Part shown: positions 12,401 to 24,400 of the stretch, one piece after another
Layout: every line of letters begins with the position of its first letter
Position numbering within the stretch: position 1 is the stretch's first letter
NCBI RefSeq assembly: GCF_963921235.1
Contig: NC_086108.1
Coordinates: forward strand, 75,952,001 to 76,016,000
DNA length: 64,000 bases
Source of the DNA: Mobula hypostoma
Taxonomy: Eukaryota
Direction: 5' to 3'
Program-made: the position numbers and the translations under genes
The notes under the pieces: generated by a model
Seen by the model: the letters and a program-made list of their open reading frames with translations, nothing else
What the model was told of the DNA's origin: nothing
The model's database searches: none

Positions 12401-15400
12401 GTTTAGTCAAGACATGAAAGGATTCAGGGAGAAGGCAGGAAACTGGTGCTAAGAGGGAAGATGGATCAGCCATGATGAAATGGCAGAGCAGTCTCGATGG
12501 GCCAAATGGCCTAATTTTGCTACTATATCTTATGGTCATATGGTCTTGTATGTATGACCATATGACCATAAGATGACAATAACCTTGAACTTGGTCAAAT
12601 TATCAGTTTTCATTGTCATTGCTATGGGAAGCTGACAGTAACTAAACATTTTTGATTTATACATTTAAACATCACAAAAATGCAGACTGTGCTCCAATGT
12701 TGAAGTCAACAGGAATTCAAATGAGGGTAAACACTTGGCTAATTCTAATTAATGGGATAACATATTTGTAGATTCTGAAAATATATCTGTAAAGAAATCT
12801 GATTTTTTTTGAGTGTTCTCAACAGGAAATGAGTTGAAGATAGGTAAATTAGATAACGTTATAGAGGTGGAAGTGACAGTCTCAGAAATGGTGAAGATGA
12901 AGTCAGAACCTCTTGAGTCAAACAAAGTCAAATGCAGCTGCTAAATACTGGAACAAGTGATGGTTTTGGCCTTCCGAGTGTTTAGAGATCACAAAAGAAA
13001 TTAATGTTATTTCAAATATCCTTGTTAATACAGTAATTTACCTTACTATTTTTATCTTGTGACTGCTTAAGTTCCTTTGTATCAGAAATCTGTTTCGCCA
13101 GTTCATCCTCTTGCCTCCCTGAAACAATAGTGCAAGTGCAGTAGATACTGAAAGTAACTTTCAGCATTGAAATAAAATGGAAAATGCTGGAAGATGCAAA
13201 TAAAATGCTAAGATCACAAATGAAACAGTGTGTATTTGTCAGATACATTGGCTATGACCAGAGGAAAAATGGCTGTAGTCACTTAGCACTTTAGTGCAAA
13301 TGTTAGATGCTTCAAAAATCATACTTACAAAATTTAGCAAAAATGCTGAAAAGAAAACTGCCAATATTTACAAAAAGATACCAGAAAACACAATAATTGC
13401 TCCGTATTTATTCTTGTCCAGTGTGAACTCCTGGCAGCCCTAATCTCCTACTGAAGGTAAACAGCTCCATTTTTTTTCTTTACGCACTAAGACATACCAT
13501 CTTTAATTACCAGTGAAGTTAACTTCAGACTACACATGAATTAGAATATAATGCACTCCACAATGTAGTTACAATCATATTACAAAATAAACAGTAAAAT
13601 ATAAAATTAAAAGTAAAATATAAAATTAAGTACAGCATACAAACAACATATACAGATTTACACTAGGTATGGTGGGAAAAGCATCATAAAGTTAACCTGA
13701 GTGCATTAACTCGGTTTAGGACACATTATGAGAATATAGCAAGGAAGATATTGAAGTGCACACACTCAGCACGACAGCAGAATGACAAGCCAACGTTTGT
13801 ATTTGTGTGAATGCGCGTGTGTAAGTTCATTTACCGAGTACTCTTTGTCACATTAGCACCATCCTCTTCTACGGCGATGATGCTTAGCAGCTGAAACAGA
13901 CAGTCTGCAGTAACATTTCCTTTCCCTGCTTTATGGTGGACACAGAATTTGAAGGTTTGGAGCTGCAGGTACCACCTTATCACTCTAGCATTATGATCCT
14001 TCACTTCTGAGCATCCCTCCCACTCAGAATTTCAAAAGTTTCCTTTCCTCTGTCTCAATCTCAATAGACGACCCCTTAGTAGTGACCTTTGAAGAATCAT
14101 TAGATTCTTGAATGGTTCAGGAGGACTGAACAATTGTAAATGTCTCTCTGCTTTTTAAGGGAGGAAGGCAAAAGACAGTAAATTGTAGACCAGTTAGCAT
14201 GACTTCAGTAGTTGCCACGGTGTTGGAGTCCATTATTAATTGAATTGAATGATCCTTATTGTCATTATACATACGTAAAATGAAACACTGTTTGGCTTCC
14301 TCTCAGGCAATTAAATAAAGCAGTAGATAAAAACAAGACAGTAATAGAAAAACAGTATTAAATAGATAAGTAGCAGAAAATAAGTTGCAGCAGCACCAGA
14401 ATATCACAGTAATGCACAAAGTGTCATTAGTGCAAGTATTTGAGTCCTTGTGTGTTCATGTGTGCGCTCACAGTTTTGGTCATTGTTCTGTGGGAGTGGT
14501 GTGATGGGAGGCCACAGCTCTGGGATAGAAGCTGTTCTTCAGTCTATTTGTTCTGGCTTTTAGTGTCCTGAACCTTTTGCTGGACGGCAGCGGGTCAAAC
14601 AGGGAGTGGCCGGGTTGTGTGGTGTCTCTGGTTATGCTGATTGCTTTCCTCCTGAGTCTGCTGTAATAGATGGTGTCCAGTCCTGGGAGCTCCATCCTGA
14701 CAATTCACTGGGCTGCCTTCACCAGGCGATGCAGGTCTTGTTGCTCAGCAGCTGTGCAGTTGGCATATCTCACTGTGGCGCTGTTGGTCAGGATGGTTTC
14801 AATTGTGCTTCTGTAGAAGTTAAGCAACAGCTTTTGTGGGAGTTTGGCCTGTTTCAGCTTTCTGAGGAAGAAGAGTCTTCGTTGTGCCTTTTTTTTTTAC
14901 AAGCAGCGAGGTGTTGGTGGTCCATGTCAGCTGTTTTGACAACATAACTCCAAGGAACTTTTAAGTTTTCCGCACTTTCCACTATCTCTCCATGTATATG
15001 GGGGGGACCAGGTTATTGTCCTTACACCACTCCATCAGATGATCCACCTCAAGCTTGTAGGCTGTTTCATCCTCGTCTGAGATCAGGCTAACCACAGTGG
15101 TATTGTCTGCAAATTTAATTATGGAGTTGGAGGTGTAGATGGGGGGGGGGGCAGTCATATGTGAAGAGTGTGTAGAGCATACGGCTCAGCACACAGCCCT
15201 GCGGGGTGCCTATTTTTAAGATGAGGATGGCGGAGGTGTGCATACCAATTCTGACCTGCTGTGGTTGGTCTGTGAGAAAGTCCATGACCCATGAGCACAG
15301 GGAGGAACCAAGGCCAAGAGTGTTCAGTTTGCTGACCAGTTTATGGGGGATGACTGTATTAAATGCAGAACTGAAGTCCACAAATAACATCCTCACATAA

Positions 15401-18400
15401 GGATGAGGTTTCAGGGTACTTGGAGGCACACTGATGAAATAGGCCGAAGTCAGCATGGTTTCCTTCAGAGGAAATCTTGCCTAACAAATCTGTTTGAAAA
15501 ATCAACAAGCATAGTAGACAAAAGAGTCAGTGGATGTTGTTTACTTGGATTTTCAGAAGAAATTTGACAAGGTGCCGCACATGAAGCTGTTAAATAAGAG
15601 CCCATGGTATTACGGGAGAGATACTAGCATGGGCAGAAGATTGGCTGACTGGCAGGAGGCAAAGAGTGGGAATAAAGACAAAGGGGGAACGTTTCCAGTA
15701 GAGGAAGAGTCTAGGAGTAGAGGGCACAGCCTCAGAATATAAGGACACCTATTTAGATCAGAGATGAACAGGAATTTCTTTAGCTTGAGGGTGGTGAACC
15801 TGTGGAATTCATTGCCACAGATGGCTGAGGAGGCCAAGTCTTTGGGTATATTTAAAGTGGAGGTTTGGAGTCATAGAAAACTGCAACTCACAAATAGGCC
15901 TTTTGGCCCATCTAGTCTGCACCAAACCATTTAAACTGCCTAATCCCATTGACTTGCACCTGGACCATAGCTCTCCATACCCTTCCCATCTATGTACCTA
16001 TCCAAACTCATCTTAAATGTTTTAATCAAAGTTACATCCACCACTTGTGCTGCCAGCTCATTCCACACTCTCTCCACCCTGAGTGAAGTTGTTCCCCTCA
16101 CATTCCCCTTAAACATTTCACCTTTCACCCTTAACCCCTGCCCTCTAGCTGTAATCTCACCCAGCCTCAGTGGAAAAAAGCTTATTTACTCTATCTATAC
16201 CCCTCATAATTTTTGTGTACTTCTATCAAATCCTCTACATTCTAGAGAATAAAGTTCTAACCCATTGATTCTTTATAACTCAGGTCCTCCAGTTTTGGCA
16301 ACATCCTTGTAAATTTTCTCTGTAGTCTTTCAACCTTATTTACACCTTCCCTGTAGGCATGTGACCAAAACTACACACACTACTTCAAATCTTCATCGAC
16401 ATCTTATACAATTTAAACATAGCATCCCAACTCCTTTATACTTCCTTCTACAAAGACCAATGAGCCAAAAGCTTTCTTTACCACCCTATCTACCTGTGAT
16501 AGACTAGCAATGAATTATGGACCTGTATTCCCAGATCCCTTAATTTTACCGCACTCCTCAGTGCCCTACTGTGTCTTACAATGTAAGACCTGCCCTAGGT
16601 GGTCCTACTGAAGTGTAACAGCTCACACTTTTCTGTATTGAATTCCATCTGCCATTTTTCAGCCCATTTTTTCAGCTGATGCAGATCTTCCTGCATGCTT
16701 TGATAGTGTTCCTCGCTGTCCATTACACCCCCAGTTTTGGTGTCATCTGCTAATTTGCTGATCTAGTTCGTAGATATAGAGGTAAGCAACACCAATATCT
16801 GTGGCACTCCACTAGTCACAGGCCCCAATAATTAAATAGTTCAATTTCACATCAGAGAAATAAATATAATATACATCCTGCAATTCTTGTTCCAGTCAGA
16901 GAGAAATCAGGAAGGTTAAGAAGGCACGAGGTTGCTCTAACAGACAAGGTAAAGACTACCACTACCACTATCTACTACCACTCTCTGGCTTCTCCCACAA
17001 AGCCAATGTCTAGTTCAACTTACTACCTCATCCTGAATGCCTTCTTGACCAACCTCCCAAGTGGGACCTTCTCAAAGTCCATGTAGACAACATCCACTGC
17101 ATTGCGTTCTTGAACTTTCCTGGTAACTTCCTCGAAAAACTCTATAAGATTGGTTTGACGCGACCTACTATGCACAAGCTGTGCTGACTAACTCTAAGCA
17201 GTCCCTGTCTATCCAAATACTCATACATCCAATCCCTTAGAATACCTTCAAATAACTTTCCCACTACTAACATCAGGCTCACCAGCCTATAATTTCCTGA
17301 ATTATTCTTAGAACCTTTCTTAAGCAGCAGAACAAGATTAGCTGTCCTCCAATCCTCCAGTACCTCACCTGTCGCAAGGATGATTTAAGTAGCCCTGCTA
17401 GGGCCCCTGCCTCCCACAGGGTCCAAAAGAACACCTTATCAGACCCTGGCGATTTGTCCACCATGATTTTCCTCCTCTGTAGACTGCATAGGGTTCATGA
17501 CATTGTTACTGCTTTGCCTCACTTCTGCAGACTCTGTCTGTCTACCGAGTAAATACAGATGCAAAAAGCCATTTAAGCTCGCCCTTATCTCTTTTGGCTC
17601 CACGCACAGGTTACCATTCTGATCCTCTAGAGGACCAGTTTTGTCCCTTGCAGTCCTTTTGTCCTTAACATATCTGTAGAACCCCTTGGGATTTTTCTTT
17701 ACCTTGTCTGTTAGAGCAACCTCGTGCCTTCTTAACCATCCTGATTTCTTTCTTTAGTGTTCTCTTTCATTTGTTATACTCCATAAGTACCTTATTTGTT
17801 CCTCCCTGCCTACACCTGCTATGCACCTTTTTTCCTTAACCAGGGCCTCAATACATCTCAAAAACCAAGGTTCCCTTAACCTGTTATCCTTGCCTCTTAT
17901 TCTGACAGGCACATACAAGTTTTATACCCTCAGAATTTCACTTCTGAAGGCCTTCCACTTACCATGTACACTTTTGCCAGAAAACTGCGAGTACCAATCC
18001 ATGCTTGCCAGATCCTTTCTGATACCACCAAAAATGACCTTTCACCAATTTAGAATCTCAACCCGAGGACCAGACCAATCCTTTTTCAAAATTACCTTGA
18101 AACTAATGGCTTTATGATCACTGAATGCAAAGTGTTCCCCGGCACTAACTTCTGCCCTGTCTCATTCCCCAATAGGAGATCAAGTATCACATACTCTCTC
18201 ATTGGGACTTCTATCTACTGAGTAAAGAAACTTCCCTGAACACATTTGACAAACTCCATCCCATCTCGTCCTTTTGTAGCATTGAAGTCTTAGTGAATAT
18301 GTGGAAAATTAAAATCACCTACGATTACAACCTTATGTGTCTTGATAGTACAAAGTAAGGGCATTAAAGGTTATGTGGAGAAGGTAGGAGAATGGGTTTG

Positions 18401-21400
18401 GGAGGGAAAATAAGTCAGCCATGATTGAATGGCAGAGCAGATTTGATTGACTGAGTGACCTAATTCTTCTCCTACATCTTATCGTCTTACATAAACGTAA
18501 CAAGATATCATTGTTTCAAGAAGAACATAAGAAATAGAAGCAAAGTAAGCCTACTCTGTTCTTCATCAAAATCATGTTTTATTTTTGAGCTCAATACCAT
18601 TTTTGTGTAGTAATCCCATATAACCTGATTCCTTAATCTATCAATCTCTATTTTCACTGAACTCAATAACAGTCTCCAAAGCCCATTGGGGGTAGATTAG
18701 TCCAAATATTCACTATCAATTGAGTGAAGAAATTTCTCTCTCAGTCCTGAGCAACCAAATTTTTTATCCTAAGATTGTGACTTTTCATTTAAAATTCCTC
18801 AGCCAGAACAAACTCCAATCTGCATCCAGCCTGTCAAATTCTGAAAGAACTTTGCAGGTCCTTTGAGGGTAATAAAATATCCTCCCAGTCTTGTAAACAC
18901 TGGAGAATACAGGCCCAGTCTGATTTTTTTTTCATACCATAAACTTACCATGCCTGGAAGCAGGCTAGTGAATTTATTTAATTGATTCCTCAATATCTTG
19001 ATATGGAAAGCTATTTCATACAGTTTCCACAAATTCATCCTCAACCTCATTATTGCTGTCTTGATTAGTTTGTTCTGCATGTAAACTAAAGTCTCTGACA
19101 ATGATTTTATTACCCCTATTTAAGCACCTCTAACTTTCCAAATAATGCAGTGCTCAATAATACAAATACTATTTAGTGGCCTATCAACACTGTAACTCCT
19201 ACCAATACTTACTGCCCTTTGCTCTTTCACAGCTCAATTCCATACAAATGTGCTGATCTTTCTTCCCCATCATCCATCCCCTTTTATTAATAACATTATA
19301 TGACTTTTTCATTTTTGGAAAATAGGTGATATAGTGTTATTAATAAAATTACAAATATCTTTGAACATGCAACTCACAGCTTTGGTCATATGGCAATTAA
19401 ATCATATTCATTTGGGATGGGTAAAAAATATCGGTCTTGCCACATTCACCGAATTCTAAAATCTCTTATTGGTGCTGTTATAATTTGCCACATACTTATA
19501 CACTTGACATTTTTTTCCTTTCTTTCAATCCATTGTCTGTTGGCTTTTGTTTCTGGTCTATTTATTTCACTTATTACTGTTCTAATTTCCAATTTCTGTC
19601 TCTTCGCTTCCTGAATTATTCTCAAAGTTCCCATCACACTGTCAATCTAACAAACTCTTCCCAGAAGAACTAGCAAATTCCTCCCTAGAGAATATTGGCT
19701 CCATAAGACATGAGCAGAATAGGCCATTTGGCCCAGCAAGCCTGCTCTGCCATCCAACCATAACCGTTTTCTTCCATCTCTTTCTCTTGCCTTCTCTGCG
19801 TAACGCTTAACCACTACCTATCACAAACCTATCAATCTGTGCTTTAAATATACCATAACCTGGCCTCTACAGTTCTCTGTGGCAATGAGTTCCATATATT
19901 TACCACCCTTTAACATAGAACATAGAACATAGAATAGTACAGCACAGTACAGGCCCTTTGGCCCACAATGTTGTGCCGACCCTCAAACCCTGCCTCCCAT
20001 ATAAGCCCCCACCTTAGATTCCTCCATATACCTGTCTAGTAGTCTCTTAAACCTCACTAGTGTATCTGCCTCCACCACTGAATCAGGCAGTGCATTCTAT
20101 GCACCAACCACTCTCTGAGTAAAAAACCTTCCTCTAATATCCCCCTTGAACTTCCCACCCCTTACCTTAAAGCCATGTCCTCTTGTATTGAGCAGTGGTG
20201 CCCTGGGGAAGAGGCGCTGGCTATCCACTCTATCTATTCTGCTTATTATCTTCTACACCTCTATCATGTCTCCTCTCATCCTCCTTCTCTCCAAAGAGTA
20301 AAGCCTTTGCTGAAGAAATTCCTCACCTCAGTTTTACAGGGACATCGCTTTTTTGAGGCCTTGGATCCTAGATTCTCCTACTAATGGATACTTAATTTTA
20401 ACATCCACTCTATCCAGGTCTGGTTAATGGTCTGGTCTGGCTGTGGTGCAATGATTCGTGCAGGCTCTTCTTGCCCCAAAAATGGTCTGAATACCTTAGA
20501 AATCTAAATCCTTCTCTGCTGCACCGTATTTCCATCTACAGATTCATTTGCTCTACATTGCAATTTCAGTAACTGAAGGAACATGGAACTGAGAGTAAAT
20601 TGAGATCACTGGCTTAGAGTTTCCTCTTTTAACATCTTTCCCAGCTCCTAAAATGCTGCCTGCAGACCTTTTGTTTTTTCCTTCTGTTCCGCCTCTCCAT
20701 TCCACATGCTCTGTTGTTCAGCGACACCCCTGACCTTGGCACCAGACAGGCAATATCCCATCCCAGAGTCACATCTAAGGCTACTGAAACATCTCCCTTC
20801 ATTCGTAGCTAACTTCATTCACCAATACTTTGAACTGATTCTATGACTTATTTCAGACATTTTCAAAGCCCCTTTATAACTTACATGCCCAGTATTATTT
20901 TTATTTCCAGTTTGTCTTTTCAACATTGGTTGTTTATCATTCTTTGTTTATGTATCGTTTTTCGTACAATTCTATTTCATTTCTTTTATCCTGTAAATGC
21001 TTGCAAGAAAACGAATCTCAAGATATATGGTAACACATATGTACTTTGATAATAAATTTACTTGGAACTTTCTTCCTCCTTCACCATCACTATTGCCTCT
21101 CATTCTTCTTCCCCTCTTGAAGAGTTGAGTCACTCCTTATGGCAGAATTCCAGCTTTGACTGGATTTCCTGAAGGAACTACCAGTCCCCAGCAGTATTCA
21201 GAAAGGGAAATTTGTCAGTGGGCAATAGTTTCTCAGGGAACCACTGCACTACCTGCCTGCTTTTCCTGGTCGATCTGACAGTCATCCATTCCCTCTCCGT
21301 CCACACATACTTCAGCTGCATTGTGACCACCTAACTCTGCCATCACAATACATCCATGATTCCAACCAAAGCTCCATCTTTGAAATGCAGACTCAAACTG

Positions 21401-24400
21401 CTGCAACCTACTGGTAGTACCCTGCTTTCCAAATGTACAAATGGGTTAGCTTTCACTGACTGTGCACAAGGCCACTGAAATACTCGCCAGCATCCTCATC
21501 TCTCAGGAGATTGCAGGCCTGGCTGAAATATGAAGTGCTGTTACAGAGCTTACTTTATTAATTGACAGTTCAAAAGAGACTCAGCACCAACAGGCAAGAG
21601 TGGGAGTGATTTAGAATTAAAGTGATAGGATCCATGTTTGCAGAATGAATAGAAGTGCTCATTAAAGCAGTTACCCAATTTGCATTGGCTATCACCTACA
21701 GAATAAAGGGAAGTTTGCAACATACCAAACTGAAAATGGTAGAAGGAAATTGCTATTTCATTTGTAGGAGTGTCTGAAGCTCTGGTGGGGCGGGGGGGAG
21801 GGGGTCATATGATCGAAGAGGCTGCATCATCTGCAATTGCATAGCTATATGCTGTGGGCAGAGAAGTGGGCATAAGTGGTGAAGAAATGAGGCTCCTATA
21901 GTTCACTAACAACCAATGTTAAGTAAGTGTATTGGCTTCTACTTCCTGCTTTCAATAAAAAAAACTCCACTCTTCCTTCAGTTTCTCAATGTCTGTTACA
22001 TCTGACAATGCCACTTTCTATGTTGTACCAATACTTCCGATATTTCTCCCTTTTTCACTTAATCAAGAATTCTCCTCCACCAGAAATGAGAGGACCCTTG
22101 AACTTCAAATTATTTCTGCATGTATCACAAACCTTCTCTGATCAAGTGTTCTCTTGCCCTCCCCAAAAATTAAAACAATATTTATATTTATTGTCGGCTA
22201 ATCTATTTATGTTCTGGTAAAAACATAAAGAATTGAAAATCCACTGATTGCACTCGAATACTTACATAGCTTGTGTTTCATGTCATCAATCTCCTTTCTA
22301 AGTGATTCATGTTCTTCACAGAGGTCTTTTCTTCTGTTAATAAAATATTTTATTAAAACATATTCAGTGGATTGTTCATCAATCATTAACACTTTTTCAG
22401 GAGAATGTCAAGCATTATCAGTAATTTATTACTGATGGACTAGATTCCAGTTCCCAACAAAAACAGTTTAAAGATGGATGCTCAGAGTTCTACATCAGCA
22501 TTTTGCAAGTCGAAACAAAAAGAAACATCATTGAATTTCTTAAATGACAGAACAAAGACTGCTGCTTTCAGTTTAATCAATATTTGCTTAGTAAATTCAA
22601 GGATTACTGGTAGAAAAGTTTATAAAAATTATTCATGCTCATAACCTCCATCACAATCCATAAAACCATGCACTTAAGTCAAAATTTTATTACAGGAGCT
22701 TAAGCTACACAAACTATGAAAACAATGAGGATTATTTTAACCATTTCTACCTTTCATGGACTTCTTGCATCAGGCTGGAAAAAGTTAGTTTTCTATAACC
22801 AAGCCTGCTATCCATATGACGTAGTTGCTCTCGCAAACTGTACATTTCATTTGAAATCTCTTTGCGCCAATCCTCCATCTTTCTCTCCAACTGGAAATCT
22901 AAACTCTTCTCTTCAGATTGCTCTTGTAATCGCCGAATTTCCTCTGCAAAACAAATGGCAATTTGAATTCAAAATACGTTTTTATCAACAAAATGTATTA
23001 AAATTTTAATTATTACCTTCTAATGATCGAATACGCTGCCTTTGCTGCTCCTTTTCTGTTTCAACTCTCAGTAAAGCTTGGTGTAAAGATTCAATGGTCT
23101 AAAGATACCAAAAAATATTGATCAAAATATTGAAAAAATAGTGCACATTCGATAAGTAAGCAGTCAATTATCTTCAATCTATTCCTTTGAATAGCAGGAA
23201 GCAAAAAGTAACCACATGTATAGTATACACTTAAAAAGGAAACAAGCCATCCCTATTAAGATGACAATTTAACAGGTATAATAATAAAAAAACGATTTTA
23301 CAAATAGGTTCACAGAAAAACTGGCAGCAGAATGTTGCAAAAACAGAAACAAATACACCAGATATCTGGCCACTACACACTTTCAACAAAACCACAAATG
23401 CATGACGAAAATGGACATCCTACAGGAGATCATACTGTTCGTAGCAGGTTTTTGGAATAACATGAAGTAAGCATGTAGACCAGGAGTTTACTGGCAAATT
23501 GTCCATGTTCTACTGTGTCTCATCATTATATATAGAAGAATCACAACAAAAAACAGGATTTGCCTGTGGATTTTTAACTTTGCACTGTGTTTGAACCGGA
23601 TATATCAAGAGTATGCCAAATTCTACACTATCATTACTCTCCCAAAATTTAAAAAAACAGGAGGGCTTTTCGAAAAACCAAGCAAACAGGTGTGTACAGA
23701 GACACAAATTTATGGAAAGTACACAGTTCTCTTACTTTTAGCGCACTTACTTTTCCTTGGAATTGTAGCTGCCTCGAGATGCTCATTAATTCTTCTTTAG
23801 GCAATTTCTGACTATACACATCTGAACAAGATATGTGCTCCACAGAAACCGAGAGAGGTTCATTGAATCGAATGTTTTTCATGTCAACCATGTCACGTGA
23901 TCCAACTAAGAGAGAGCAAAAACGTTGAAAGTAGAAATAAACCTCTGTAGCCAACACACTTGTAATAAAACAAAATACTTATTACTCAGGTACAATATGT
24001 TCTCTCAAATAACATCTTCCTTTGAGGCAAGTTTCCTACCAGAGTTAGAAAATAATCCACATTTGTGGCTTTCTTTGCAAGCTATCATCAACAATTTCTC
24101 ACAGAAACTTCCAAGCATCAATCATCAGTGGCACAATAGAGAAAACAAAAGGATGATTATTACATTTTACTGTCACACAGGTTCTGTGGAAGCTGCAGCA
24201 AGGCAAATAGGAGGAGGAGAAGATGACGGCGCGATGCAGCGTGCGCGACCACTCTGGTGGTGATGTCTGTTATTTGTCAGGTAGGGTACCGTGCACAATT
24301 CTGATTTGATGGAGACAGATGTGAGAATATGGAGGAACAACTGGAGAAACTTCTGAAATGCCCGCTTCGCTGCCGCTGCTACTGTGTGGTCCAGAATCTC

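Larger units (their letters stand above)
14070..18490 (+). mobile_element. Old CR1 split into three pieces (14070-14240, 15398-15867, 18345-18490) by two later LINE insertions
   Basis: The CR1 sequence LESII|KDE joins across 14240/15398, and its 3' end resumes after 18345. Confidence 0.7.

Noticed and set aside
12749..12931. 60-aa minus-strand ORF just downstream of the 13042 exon, as a possible terminal exon
   Set aside because: The best acceptor gives an early stop, the peptide has no coiled-coil character, and three further phase-compatible exons exist downstream. An alternative last exon is not strictly excluded.
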